From Fonticula alba ATCC 38817 (lineage: Eukaryota > Protista > Nucleariida), in NCBI GenBank assembly GCA_000388065.2, contig KB932203.1: DNA of 64,000 nt. One strand, 5' to 3'. The notes beneath the pieces were generated by a model. It worked only from the letters and a program-made list of their open reading frames with translations. It did no database searches and had not been told where the DNA came from. Both the position numbers and the translations under genes were made by a program. The first letter of the stretch is position 1. Every line of letters starts with the position of its first letter. Below are positions 1-13,343 of the stretch, one piece after another.

Positions 1-98
1 AGGGGAGCGACCGCGGCATCAATGGCACCAGCGTTGAAGGCGCTCTGCAACGCAGCGTAGCTGGCCTGAAGCTTGGAAGTGTCCACGGGAGCGGCCAT
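1..98 (-). CDS. 5' end of a gene running off the window (MAAPVDTSKLQASYAALQSAFNAGAIDAAVAP...); weak resemblance to the N-terminus of proteasome lid subunit RPN12/PSMD8
   Basis: ATG at 98-96 on the minus strand, open to the window edge with C/G-ending codons. The family guess rests on ~32 aa only. Confidence 0.3.
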   Translation of the reverse strand, partial: MAAPVDTSKLQASYAALQSAFNAGAIDAAVAP

Positions 99-1434
99 TG
101 TGTGTTCGTGGGGAAAGATGCGAGCGTGCTCCAAACAAATGGATGCCTAGTGCGAGCAGTTGATGAAGGTAAAGAGAGAGGGGGGGGGGCGGATAAACAC
201 GAGGTGAAAGGGGGGAAGAGAGGGAGAGGGATGGAAATGGAGAGGGCCTACCCGGCTCGTGGGCGATCGGCCGAGCCACTGGCGACGGAAAAAGGTCCCT
301 CAGTGCCGATAGAAGGTTAGATCGGAGCGATGCATGAGGTGTGTCTCCTCAGCAGAGTGTGCCTACGGGCACCGCATCCCATCGGAGGCAAACAACATGC
401 CACGACAGGGGAGATAGGGGCGAAAGAGACGCTAACTGTGCCCCCGGCATCAGTGCCCTGGTGCCGTATAGCCAGACCAACGGCCGAAGGGGGGGGGGGT
501 CAGGGCGAGGGGCGCGGCAGGGCCACACCTGACTAGACAAAGCCCCAGGGGACACGCCGGGTGACAGGGGAGATCGCCGCCAAGAAATCGAACCAGCCAG
601 AATGGTTAGAGAGAGACCCCTCAAGCATGTCTCCTGTGGACCCAGCACTGCCGCTCGCCCCCTCCCGCGAAAGGGCCGAGGATGATGCACCAGAAGAAGA
701 TCAAGAAGGACACAAGGGCGCGGGCGCAGAGAGAACGACGCAACAGAGAGAGGACAGTGACGTATGGTCTTGTGATTTACGTTCACGGGACCACCCGTGA
801 CCAGGCAATGCTGTTGCTCGGCCGCCTATAAAACACTCTCTCGTTCCCCACTGCGGACCAGGGCGACGCCCACCACCACGGAAGAAATCCCCAGCCCCCT
901 CTTGCTTGTTTTTTTCTCCCTCCACGTATCTTCTCCTTCTTTCTCTCTCTCTCTCCCCCCCACCCTTGTCTCCTCCCACGCCTCCATTCTTTCCTTCCTC
1001 CGCACGCGCCCTCTCCCTCGATCTCGCGCTTTCCACACCCACACATCCACCCACCCAAACAACCAGCCGTCTCTGGACCCGTCCGCCATGTTGGGCTGCC
1101 TCCTGCTCAGATGGCCCCAGGGAGTCGCCACCAGTTGAGACCTCTGCGAGGGAACGAGAAGGCGACGCATTTGCTCTACCTCCTCCCTTCCTGGGGGAAG
1201 GAAGGGGACTGCTCCCTTGCCCGATTTGCTGGCGCATCCCCCCCCCCNNNNNNNNNNNNNNNNNNNNNNNNNNNNNNNNNNNNNNNNNNNNNNNNNNNNN
1301 NNNNNNNNNNNNNNNNNNNNNNNNNNNNNNNNNNNNNNNNNNNNNCCCAACTGCTGAAATGGCCTCCCTCTGACACATTTCTCCGTCCTCGCCGTTGGTG
1401 CCACCGCCACCGCCACTCAGGCCACTTTCTAGAC

Positions 1435-1894
1435 ATGTCTCGTGTTTTCCGTGTCCAGCCCTTCCTCGAGGCTGCCCCTGCCTTCGTCATGATCGGCGGT
1501 GCTTTCCTTGTCAGCAGTGTCCTCTTCGACACCTTCAAGCGCCTCACTCAGAACGGCAAGGTGCGTCCCCCAACATCCTTCGGCCAAATGGGCCTCCTCC
1601 CGTCCCTGACCTTTCCCCCCATCCTGCCCCTGCATTTCCTTTCCATGGGGCACATGTACACAGAGTCGCCGCTTCGGTATCACCGACTTCGACTTCTACC
1701 TGATGGAGCGTGACGTCCGCATTACTGGCTCCACCTTCCACCAGCGCGTATGTTCTCCGCGACTCATGCCCACATTGCACCACACATTTGCCCGCATGTG
1801 TGCCTCCTCTCCCGTCCACTCACCCACACTCGCGCACACCTGCCGATATTTCCGCTGGTGACATCTTCAGGATATCCTCGGCCGCCAGTTCTAA
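1435..1894 (+). CDS. NDUFA1: NADH:ubiquinone oxidoreductase subunit NDUFA1 (MWFE)-like, 3 exons, ~77 aa
   Basis: Exons 1435-1560, 1664-1747 and 1871-1894 with gtgcgt/gtatgt..cag introns. They give MSRVFRVQPFLEAAPAFVMIGGAFLVSSVLFDTFKRLTQNGK-SRRFGITDFDFYLMERDVRITGSTFHQR-DILGRQF*: an N-terminal TM helix plus the family motif D..LMERD.R.TG. Confidence 0.75.
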
Positions 1895-2169
1895 GCATTG
1901 CTGAGCCCTCGTGCCATTGTCCCGACTGCGCAACCACATATACACGTGCGCACATGCGCCTCTCTCTTCCATTCACAACAATACACTCCATGCCAAATGC
2001 AATGCATCCCTCGACACATACACACACACACACACACACACTGCTGCCCAGAGCACAGGGAGACATATGCGTGCCGAATGATGGTATATTTCTCGCAAGG
2101 ACATGGTTCAATCCCCAGGGGGTCGACGAAGGAGGAAGGGGAGTATATTGCCGTCGCCCGGTATGGCCT

Positions 2170-5100
2170 TCATGGGCGCCTAGTCGGGCCGGCCCTCTTG
2201 GCAATGGCAGACCACGCAGACGCCCGGGCAGCGACGGCGGCACTGGGACCGCCAGATCCTGTCCCCTCTTGAAGAGAAGGAAACTCCTGGGTGCTTGCCA
2301 ACATCTCTCGTGTTTGAGCGTCCCGAGCTCGGGCCTGCTCGGCTTCATGCAGAGCCAGCGACTCGCGGATGGCTTGCTGTAGCTCGCTGTCGCTATCACT
2401 GCCATCGCGTGCCTCAAGCCAGCCATCCTCCGGGCGGAAGACAGGCCTCTCTGGCTGACTGGGCGATCCTCCTGCCAGGGCAACCTCCTCTCCTGATGTG
2501 GAAGCCAGCGCCAGCATGGAGGCCGATGACAACCCTGGCGCCGAAGTCTGGGCTTCACCGGCGCCGCCGATGGTGCCGCTGCTGCAGCTGTCGCCACTGC
2601 TACTGCTTGAAGGAAGCAAACCAAGGGACAGCCCCAGCAAGAAAGTGTCACTCTGGTGGTGCTCGGCTCGAATGACCAGGTCCCGGAGGAGGTGCTGATC
2701 GATGTTTGACGGCAGCAAACCGAGATATCGAATCAGAATGTAGACCCCATCCCGGACGGTCGGCGACAGGTCTCGCAAAATGGCAGCATGCTGGGGAGAG
2801 ATGGATTGCAAAACCAGGAGAGTGCTACGCTGCTCGGCGGCTTGGGCGGCGCCCGGGGCCTCGGACGGTGTGACCGCAGTGCGAGACCCCTCGCCAGTAA
2901 TGTCGTCAGGCTGATCCTCCGATGTACTAAGCTCATCGAAATCCTCCGAGTAATAGCTCTCTGAATGGGCATTTTGACCGGACGGCTTCCCCTGCTTGGG
3001 TGGCCTTTGCTCGGTTTCCTCCATCGAGAGCATGAGGGCGTACTGAAGAGCCTCGTCCGGGGTGAGACCCTCAATCAGGAAGCGCCCTTGCATACGCTGG
3101 GCCGCGACATTTCCATGGAAGCGCTCCTCGGAGAGACTTTCCAGGTCATTGCGGATGTCCTGGTTCAGGAGCATGGCCGAGTGATGGGCAGCCGCCCGGC
3201 GCAGGCGCTCCAATGATGGCTCTGACGAAACGGCCGACGGCTCGGTGGTAGTGGTGGTGGTGGCGGCGGCCGGGACGCCGGTGGCAGTCTTCGACTTCAC
3301 GGTCCGGGTATCCTGGGGTTGGATCATTCGCACGGCGGCCATGCGATTACCGGTCGAAACAAAGAGCCCCTGGCCACCAGGGGTCAGGCACACACGCACC
3401 GAACCGGGCACCATGTTTCCCGGGCCATTCTTCATGCCGAGCAAGCGCTCGACAATGCTCCTACAAACAGGACATGGGAAGGTGAATATGCGTCATGTGG
3501 TGGTGCAGATGCACAGGGGAGGGGGGGGGGGGGGGATTCCACCTGGTCAAAACGCACCGGAAGGAAAAGTGCCGAATCCAGCGGCTGGTATTGAAAAGGG
3601 AGTGGATGAAGACCGCTCCAGTGTCCAGCTGCACAAGCATGAAAGGGCCCTCGCAGGAAATCAAGCGCACTGGGAAGGAGCTGTTCTCGCTGTGACTCCA
3701 GAAGGTTTGTGCCGGGCGGTGAGAAAGCCTGGGTGGGGCGGGGATCGGCAGGGTAGACGACCCGGAGTTTTGTTGAAGCACCGAGGCCAAATCCCAGAGA
3801 TGCACATTGCCGGTGGTATCACCAACCAGCAGCGGGGCCAGTTGGTTTTGTGCCGGGGTCATTTGATCCGCTGTGAAAAGATCTTCGGTGGATTGGAAGA
3901 GATTGGCCATTGTGACTGGCCCAGAAATGACACATCGCGCAGGCAGAACCAGGCCTGTAAACCGCCCCGAGGGATAGAGGAGAAATCAGGAGAGTGATGA
4001 GAGAGAGAGAGAGAGAGAGCGTGTGCGTGTGTGTGTGTGTGAGAGTGAGTGAGTGAGTGAGTGAGTGGAGAGGAAGGAGAGGGAGCAAGAGAAGACAACA
4101 AAAGCAAAACCCGGGGGGGAGCGCACGAGCCACTAACTTGCAGGTTTGATTGTCCATGACGTCAATCCAGGAGCATACCTCATCAAGGCTCTGTTTGTGG
4201 ATGTTGGTGCCACTCGATGCATGGGCATCCGTCGTGGCTGGTTCGGGGTCTCCGCGCTGGAACAGCAAGAAGTGGACCCCCTGCAGGCGTGAATCCGGCA
4301 GGTGCTGAGCGCCAAGCAGTCGACAGGGATGGTACAATGTCTCAAGCGGTTGAGCTCTGGAGGCCTTGCTGAAGGAGGCATCACAGCCAGGATACAATTC
4401 ATACACCAGGGCCTCATTGAGCACCCGTGGGGAGAAGGTGTCCAGGCCATCCCCGAGCAGGAACATGTGAAGGATCGGTGCGGTGGCGAGTCGAGTCCAG
4501 GCACGAGCCGGCGGCCGCACGGCAGTCGGCCGATCGGAGGGGAATTCGCTGGCAAAGACCACGGATCCGGAAGCATTGAAAAAGGTAAAGGCCCCGGGCC
4601 GGGAAGGGTGAAAGCCCACCTGGTCAATCGGGACGCTCGGACGGAAAGATGGGAAGCGCTGGGAATCGATGCTATTGCGAAGGCGGACTCGCGAGGGGAA
4701 GCGCGTTGGGCCATGCTGCAAGTGTCGACTGATGACACTTCCCAGGCTGGCTATGAACTCCATGCGTTCCCGGTGAATGGCGAGTACTGAGAGGGTATGG
4801 GGACACACATGGATGGCCATTGCACCATCCGGGAAGGTCAGTTGCAGGGGGGTCAGATCGTCGAGAGTCACAAGGAGCGACGATTGTCCCGGGCCATGCT
4901 CAATGCTGATGCCAAAGGCACGAATGGGCTGGCAAGTGCTCGCCGTAGTGGTGGCAGTCCCGGTGGCAGGGGGAACGACGGCTGCCGCCGAACCGGGAAC
5001 TTCAGGCACCGTCTGGGTGGCAGCAGGGGCGATGGGACTGGATTTCGCCTGGACACCAGAGTGAAGAGCGACAGACAGCTCGGGGGCCACCGTGGAAAGG

Positions 5101-5906
5101 GCAATGCTCCTGAGATGACGGCTGGAGGCCGATTGCAAAATCTTCGGCCCAAAGGCCCACACAACCGGCGGGGACACGGCCCCAGGCCCGACCGGCGCCC
5201 GTGGAGGGATCACTTGGCGCTGGATGACCCCCGAGGAGTGGCGCCGGCGAAAGTGCAAGGATGCTTGAGCTGGCGAGCCATAGCGCCAGAGCCTTACAGG
5301 CAGGAGTAAGAGCACGATCAAGCGGACCAGGTGGGGCAGGGCAGGGCAGGGCAGGGCAGGGACATGGCGGGGGGGAGAGAAGGTGAGGAGAGGGATGGCT
5401 GGGAGCAGGGCAGGCGGGGGAAGAGGGACGACAGGGGGCGACATACACTGCGGTATGGTCATGAACTGCAATATATTGCAGCAGGGCGCGGCTGGTGGCG
5501 AGAGCGGCGCTCGAGCCAGGATCCGGGTTGGTTGGGATGTAGGGCAGCGGGAAGCGCACACGTCGAGACCAATAGAAGCGCAGGAAGTCCTGAAACGAGA
5601 AGCGCGGAGTTACATGAGGCAAGCGGGAGTGAGCAGCAGAAGAGGCGGGTGGCAACTGGCGGGGCAGGCGTACAATGCTGAAGATGATGCTGGCGAGGGG
5701 TGACAGTGTGTCCTCGGCTAGGGCCTGTGCCGGAGGGTCGCGAGGTCGCGAATCGGGAGGACATGGAGAGTGGACTGTGAGAAGGGGTGTGGCGCCATCG
5801 GCCTGACCATGTGTCGGAGGCATATGCGAACCTGCACTTCGATCGCCGAAAGGTGAGACAGGATGAGATGCTGAATCTCAACCGGGATTTCGTGTCCGAA
5901 GACCAT
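2170..5906 (-). CDS. Multi-exon F-box protein with probable beta-propeller middle region and two C-terminal UIM-like motifs
   Basis: N-terminal exon MVFGHEIPVEIQHLILSHLSAIEVQ is F-box-like. A WD-like segment reads LLVGDTTGNVHLWDL. The C-terminal exon has TPDEALQYALMLSMEE and SDSELQQAIRESLALHEAE. Stop at 2170-2172. Exon joins were inferred by eye. Confidence 0.6.
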
Positions 5907-7637
5907 GTTGATGAGGATGCCCAACGGCCTGGGAGACTTGATGTCGGGCTGGGGAAGTTAATATGGCCCTACGTGGGACCACAGAAGGCGGATGGGAGGG
6001 GGGAGAGGAGTCTGGAATTGGGCCCACGCGACGGACGGGAGGAGAACCCTAGCCGAAAAAGGATCGCCTGTCGTGTGAAAGGGAGGGGCGGAGCCCCCGA
6101 GAGTCAGCCGGGTGTCGCTCGGCCGGAGGGTCGCAAAGAGAGGAGGAGGGGGAAATGAGCGCAAGTTGACAAGCTACCTTCCCCTGTGTGGCGAATTCGG
6201 GAGATCCGGGCGAGGTGTAGGAGGGGAGAGACAGGTGAGGGGAACGGGGAAAAGGGGGTGGGGCGCTCGCCCTCGCCGAGCGGTGACGCCATGCCAGCCC
6301 ATCTCAAAAAGAACCCGCAATCCAGAGAGCCCCCGTGGAGTTTGAACGAGCGTGAGGAGAGATCCCAGGGATCCCGCGCCAGGTTCAGACAGGACAGCCG
6401 CCAGACGGGCTTGCTCTTGCGGCCGGGAGAGGCCGGAAAAGATGGACACCAGCAATCGGGCCGGGCACAGGGGCCCCCCCTTCCGCCCGGGGCTCGGGGC
6501 GATGGCCCGCCCACAGTTGCCAAGGCCTAGTGCGCTCCGGCAGGATGCCTCCTCGATCACCAAAGGGTAGCGTGCTTGCCGGGGCTGATAGCCGGGAAGT
6601 CGCGCAGGAAAAGGCCGGCTGGTGCGACCGATGGGTGTTGCGTAAGTAGGCGCGTCGAGGGCTGGTCTTTGTCTCGCGTGATTTCCGAAGGTCCGTGAGG
6701 GGCGTGATCTTCTTCGTGATTCTGCTTTGAGGCACCCTCGCATGCTCCCGTTGGCTATCAGACGCCAATAACTGGAGGCCACCAACAAATAGGCAAGACC
6801 ATCTTCCCTGCTAACGCCGACGGCAGGCATTGGCGACGGGGCAGGATCCCAGGATGACGAGCAACCACTGTTGGGATAACCTGAACAAGGCATCAAGACA
6901 CGAGAGGCGGCAAGGAGGGATTAGAACGACTCTTCAGAATCCTCCTCGCCTACGAGATGAGCCAATGAAGCCTTCGACCGACAAGGAGAGACGCCCCTCC
7001 CCCCCGCAACAGAAGAAAAGAGGAGGGGGCATCCCAGCCCCCACCGAATGTGCCCGATAGGAAAAAAAAGGGGAAGGAGCCTCCCCCGTCCCCCCTACTT
7101 GCGCGCCTCAACCTCCCCCCCTCCCACGGAGTGGCTTGAGAGGAGGGGCAGGCACCGTCCTCCTCCCAGCAGTCGTGTCCCTGCCTCTGAAATGGAGAGA
7201 GGGAGAGAGAGAGAATGCAGCTTCCCCTATCCTCGGCGCTTTCTGTGCCTCTGCCAATCGCTCACTGAGGGCACGCACGGACGCGACCTGCTCAAACACA
7301 GCAGAGAAGACGCCGCCCCCCTCCCTTTATGTGCCTAGCGAGACAAGCGCGAGGGAGGGGAGAGGAGGGCGACACATGCGTATGGCGCGGCGGCGAGGGG
7401 GGGAGAGGAGAGGGAAGCAAGCAAAAGGGCGAGCAAAAGGGGCACAAAAACGCGAGGCAGTTCGGACAGCTCTCTCTTCGGGAGGAGAAGAAGGGTGCCT
7501 GTGGCGAGCGCGAAAGCATGCCGCAGTTGACTTATATTGGAGAAAGAACTGAAGAAGGGCCGGGGAGCATCAGAACAGCATCATGACAAGGGGGAAGGGC
7601 GTCCGGATGCCGTGCGACTCTCACTCTGAACGAGCAT

Positions 7638-9021
7638 TTAGTTCTTGAGGAGGCCTGGGGCGCGAGAGGAGAGGAGGGGGAAAGGAGGGGGCACACACGA
7701 GGTGAGAAACGACGAAAGAGGGTCAGTGGAAAGGGAGGCGAAAGGTCTCGAGAGGGGAGAAGAGGCACAGCCAACCAAGCGCGCGTGGGGGGGGGTCGTC
7801 GGGCACGGGCGCGCGAGGGAGAGAGAAGGCGGCAGGGCAGGGGGAGAAGGGAGGATGGACTACCCCCCCTCCCCGCTCCGGAGATATGCAGCAAGGCCGC
7901 CACAGAGGACGGCGCGCGGCGCTTCGCGCACAAACGCGCCAGCGCCCTCACCACCTCCAACATTCTCCCTCCCCCCTAGTCTGTCTTGGCAGAGAGAAAG
8001 GGATTGAATGGATGAAGGCGGGAAACTCCGGGGACTGATGATGGTCGCCGCATGTGGCGGCCTAGCTCGTGCTCCTCCCCCGCCCCACTGCCCTCGCCCC
8101 GCCCCCCCGCGGATGTGTGCGCTGTCGAAAAAAGGTGGCGCGCGCGCGCGAGAGGAGGAAGGGTGATACGCACTGGCGGGGATGGTGCTCTTGAGGCGGT
8201 CAGCCATGGCAGCGTCGCGGATGACGATGGTGTAAAGGTGCTTGCTGCAGCGGAGCTTGAACTTGGTGACCTTGCCGGTCTTCTTAACGAAAACGTCTGG
8301 GGGAAATACGGCACAAAGGAAAGGGAGTCAGTCGGGGTGAGCAGGGGTTGCCTGTGCGGATGTGCCGGCAGAAAGGCGGAGCAGGCCATGCTTTGGACAA
8401 GCAAGCGGCGCCCCCTCTCCCGGAGGAACTTGACAAATGGCCCTGCGAGAGAGGAAAACACACACTCGACATGAGACACTTGCGTGTCGGATGCGAGGAA
8501 CATCCGACACGCAGGTCTCCCGCACCCGGAAAAGAAGGACAACAAAAGCAATAGGACGGGGCATGTAACGGGGAGGGAGGCAAGGAAGGAAGCAGGAGGG
8601 GGGAAATACGCACGGGCGGCGTCCTGGCGCTGGGTGAAGGTAAGGAACTCCTTAACGTGGGTGATCTGCTTGGCCTGGGGGAGGGAGGAGAAGGGGAGGA
8701 GAGGGGAAAATGCGAAGGGTCAGTCGTGTGGACGGGGGAAATGGAGGAGACGGGGTCACGGGCTGGAGGGTGCGTGGTGCGGCCCGGGCCTCAGGAATGG
8801 GGGAAGGTGACAGAGTGGTGCGCGGCATCAGGAAGAACACCGCCCGCCCCACGTCCGAAAGGGGGGGAAACTGGCGTGTGACGTGATGTGCGGAAGGATC
8901 CAGGGGTAACGACGAGGGGTGCCGTGTCCAACGCGGAGTAGGGAAGAGGATAAAGGCAAAAGAGAGAAGGGGAGGGGCGCAGAGGGGGAGGGGGAGGGGG
9001 AGAGAGAGAGGGACAAACCAT
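7638..9021 (-). CDS. RPL38: 60S ribosomal protein L38 (eL38), 4 exons
   Basis: ATG-only exon 9021-9019; exon 8674-8614 AKQITHVKEFLTFTQRQDAA; exon 8296-8174 VFVKKTGKVTKFKLRCSKHLYTIVIRDAAMADRLKSTIPA (family motif KFK.RCS..LYT.V); probable last exon 7654-7638 (SLLKN*). The first and last exon choices are less certain. Confidence 0.9.
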
Positions 9022-10422
9022 CTTTGATACTCTCGACGATTGGGATTGGAAAATCACGACAAAAGCAAAGAGAGAGAGACCTTTCTCCTCTGGAGACACA
9101 CCAACATGGGTCTTCTTCAAGTGCAACCCATCACGGGCTTGGGCCCAAACTCCGGTGGGGGAACCATCCACCAACTGTTCCCCTCTCCCCGCCCCACACA
9201 CACCCTGCCGCCCGTGTGGTGTGCCTGGGCCCTCTTTCCTGGGTGGGTTGTCTGCAGGGGGGGGGGGGGAGGGGGGGGCCGGCGCAGACAAGAGACTGCC
9301 AGTACCTTCCCCCTCCTCCTCCCCCCCGCCACCTCCTGGGCAGGGGCCGGGGGGGAGCAGACCCTCCGTGGAGGGCTCCGGCTCCCCGGTCCGAGGCCGA
9401 GAACCGATATGCCCATGTGTGCGGAGGCCGCGAGAAGCCGCGCCCCGCCCCACTCGAGAGGAAGAAGGGTGGAATGGGGGCAAGAGAGAGAAAGAGAGAG
9501 AGAGAGAGAGAGGGGCACATACCTGCCCTCTCCCTCGCCCACCCGCACGGACCCCCGGCCCGGCCAAGCGGCTGGAGTCCGGCCTGGGCGGTGTCGCGGT
9601 CGCGGTGCATGCCTCGTGTCAAAGAAAGAGGTCCAGCGACACGCACGGCTCCCCCTCATGTGAGAACAGACGGGAGCCCGGAAAGTAGGCCTTCGAGCAG
9701 GGCAAACAAAGGCAAGACAAGGTAACTCCGTTCCGGCCCGCGGCCCGCAGCCTGCACATCGCCCCCCCCCCCTCTCCCGACCGCGTCCTCATACGCAGCC
9801 ATGGGTGGGGGAGGGCGCTCCCACACACTGGCACCCCCTGACAGAGAGTGCTGAACCGCCCCCGGGCCACGGACTGCCGTCGGTTGGCAGGGCACAATTC
9901 CGGCCAAAACCCGCCAGAATATATGCCATAAGTAAGATTATATATTGCGCTCCATGGGCTCTGCTCTCGTGGCCTGCGCACAGGATCCGCGATTGGCCCG
10001 ATCACTTTCCAGCGAACCGGAGTCGGCGTGCTCCCCCATGCTGTGTGCCCGAGGCCTGTGTCAGCCCTGTCCCCCCGCTCCCCCCCCCCCCCCCCCCGCC
10101 CTTCGCCAACTGTCCAAGAGGGCGGTGGTGCAAGGCACCACAAGATAGCCCCGCCACAGGGCGGCCCTCGGTTTCCGTTGGCCCCCGGGCGTTCCTGACT
10201 TTTCTCCGCGGGATCAAGCAAAAAAACAAAGAAATAAGCCCCCTCTCCCGCGCGATCTACATCCACCCCCGACCACCCCTCCCGCCTCCTCCCTCTCTCT
10301 CTCTCTCCGTTGCCTCCTCCTCGTGACTGTTGATCCCTCTTTAGCCCGACGCCCCTGCCAACCCTCCGGTCGCCCCCAACTCCCCTCCTCACCCCCTCCC
10401 CTCCCTCTCGCCCACCGCCAGG

Positions 10423-10963
10423 ATGGGCAACAAGCAGTCAGTTCCGCTCCTTGCGAATGCGGTCTCCCACCTCTCCCAGCCAGAGGCTACAGAGGCCGCT
10501 CTCTGGCTCAAGTCTTCATGCAAGGAGGATTGGAGTCTAGATCTCGCGGACTTTCGTGTGCGCTCCTCCCTTCTCCTTTGGCCCGCCCTCCCTCTCATGC
10601 TGTCTCCCAACCTCCGCTGCCCTTTGGCAAGCACTGGCGTCTAACTCGTCGCTCTTCCTGCCCTCCGCCATCCACTCCGGCTTCTTCTTCCCCTGCTGGA
10701 TAGATACTCGTGCCTATGCTGGGCAGCATCACCGCTCATGCGCTTTTCCTTGTTTGTTGTGACTATTCGGCCGGAGCGCCCGCTGCTTTCCCGATCGACG
10801 GCTCCACCCGTGTCGAGGGATTCCAGGCTGACCGCGCCACCTTTTTCGGTGTCGCTAATGCCATCGCATCAATCACCCGGTTCGCCCAGCTATACACCGC
10901 CGACGCCAGTCCATTCGATGCCGCTCTGCTCACCCCATCTCCTCCATCTCTCTCTCTCTCTCT

Positions 10964-10995
<32 letters not shown>

Positions 10996-13343
10996 CTGGC
11001 TCTTAGAGGTCCTGTGGAGATTCGCCACGCAGCCCTCTTCCGCTGGTTGTCGCACTTGGATACCCTGCTCCAGACGACCGGTGCGAAAAAGGGTGCCGCC
11101 CCCCCCACGGCGCCCGCCCAGCCGCGCAGCACTGCCCCCTCACCAGGCTCATCTCTGCCGGCGCCCGCCATCTCCGAGGAGGTCAACATCCAGTCCGTTC
11201 GGCATTGGCTCCACGATGTGTGCTCAGCGGCCATGCGGGTGCTGCGCGTCCTCGACTCCCGGCCATATGCTGTTCGTCACCATCCCTGGCGGTTTATTTC
11301 GTCAACCCTTTCCTCTCTCGACATTGACCCGGGCTTCCCCCCCCCCCCCCACACCCAGCCAAAGGAGGTAACCAAGGGCCGGCATTTCCCTTTCGATAGT
11401 CAGCAGGCTGATCCCAAGTTTGTGGAAACGCTGCTTCAGGCACCATTCATGGGATTCAAAAACCACAAGAAGTTTGTTCTCGAGGAGGTATTCCACATAT
11501 GGCCCCGGTGTTTATTTGCTCCTCAGCACATGTGTTAACCTCCCCGTTTGATGCAGGTGGCCACCCCCGATCTGCCAGATACCTTGTCCGCCGAGGCGTT
11601 TTCCGATCTCCTGTCCCGTTCGGAGAGAGCCGTGTCCATCAGGCACGAGTATTATGTGGATGGACGTGCAGCCCTGTCAGTCAATGGTCATGCTCGGGGG
11701 TCCATCCAGGCGGTGGTCAACTCGCTGCTTGCCAATGTGGTGTTCCACTACTCCAGGATTGTGTGTACTTGTCGGCCGGTGATTCCCTCCCCCCCCCCCT
11801 CCCCTCCCCCCTCGACATAGTCACTGACCTCCCGTCCCTTCCCTACGCAACGTGATAGAAACGTATCTTTTTCGGCTTCTACAAGGGCAAGGAGCCGCAC
11901 AAGGCGAGTGTCGACACCCCCTGGCTGGATTTCAAGGACATGCCCAAGGTCTCCCCGACTCCGGCCCCGGTCCCGGCCGCCGTGCCCCCTACATCGGCCG
12001 TCTCCCGCGATAAACTTAGTGCAGCATACCTCTCACAGGCCGCGGCCCTGGATGCGGCCCAAACAGATGCCCGTCTCAAGTCGGCAGGCATGCTGCTTCC
12101 CTTCAGTGAATACCAGTCGTGCGCGCTCCCCCCCCCCCTCCCCACCCCTCTCTTAGTCGCCCTTGTCCAGCCCCCTGCCCCAGGGATGCACCTTTCTCTG
12201 ACCCTCCTTCTTGGGCCTTCCTCGTACAGCAATCTGCTGAGCGATGATCTCATGTGGCTTCTCAACCAGCAGCTCCCGCAGGAAAGTCAATCAGCCTGGC
12301 GAGTATGTACATTCCACTCCGATGTTCCTCCACCAATCCCCTGTTTCTCTCACTTACCCTATTCCCCCCCCCCTCTTTCTCTCTCTCTCTCTCCACCCCG
12401 CCTTTCCAACGCCCACCCGCCCTCTGTCCAGTTCCTTTACTCCAACCGGGCATATGGCCTGAATTGGGCCCGGCTCTCGGACAGCATCACCAACCAGGGC
12501 CCCGTGCTCCTGATCTTGCGCGACTCACATGGCGCCACCTTTGGTACATATTTCATTTGCTTCTCCGTCCTCTAGCCCCTCATTTGATAGATGTGCCCTC
12601 CTGACCTGGCTCGATCCTTTACTCCCTCCCGCCACCCGCCCACGCGCGCGCAGGGTGCTTCTTGAACAATGATGTGCTACCGAATCCCGCCTTCACGGGC
12701 TGCCCGGACATGACCTTCCTCTTTACCCTCAAAGGGGACTATCTTCAGATCTTCCGTCCGACTGGTCTCAACAAGAACATCCTGTACTTTAACACCGGGG
12801 TCAAGTCCCTGCCCAATGGCCTGGTGTGTTGATTCGCATGTTGTCGTCTTTCTCCTTTCTTTTTCCGACCACAGTGGCGGCCCCCCATTTCCTGACACGC
12901 TCCTCCTCCATAGGGCCTTGGCGGTCTTCATGGCTTTTACGGTCTCTGGATCCCCTCCGCCCTCGGGGCTGCCTGCACGTCCGAGGGGTCACCTTTGAAT
13001 TCGACCTTCGGCTCCCCATGCCTGGCCACGCAGTCACCTTTCGAGGTGATTGAGATTGAGGTAAGTGTGTTGTCGCGTTCCTCCCCCCGCCTCTCCCCCC
13101 CCCCCCATTTTGCTCTCCCCTCTTTTCCGAGACCGGATTGGCAGCCTTCAGGCATCCACTGACCCCCTCCAATGTGCCCAGGCATACGGGACAACCCCCT
13201 TGCGCGAGGACCAAGCCCCCCCTGAGCCCAGCGTGCTGGACCTCCACCGGGAGGACCAGCTGATTCTCGAGTGGGGCACGGGGCGCAAGATGCATTCGAA
13301 GAACTTCCGCAAGGCCGATGAGTACCGGGCGCAAGACGATTGA
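10423..13343 (+). CDS. TLDc-domain protein (MEAK7/Rtc5-like) with N-terminal myristoylation-type start
   Basis: Starts MGNKQS. TLDc-like segments FLYSNRAYGLNWARLSDSITNQGPVLLILRDSHGATFG, FLFTLK, FRPTGLNKNILYFNTGVKSLPNGL and PFEVIEIE. Ends ...EDQLILEWGTGRKMHSKNFRKADEYRAQDD* at 13343. Confidence 0.8.

Noticed and set aside
6100-7500. Several 100-240 aa ORFs between the F-box gene and RPL38 (similar ones at 42900-44140 and 56640-58500)
   Set aside because: Low-complexity Arg/Gly/Pro translations with no domain signature or splice pattern I can support.
8022-8042. GAAA...CTGATGA resembling a hammerhead ribozyme core
   Set aside because: Only about 9 nt separate the motifs, too few for stems I and III.
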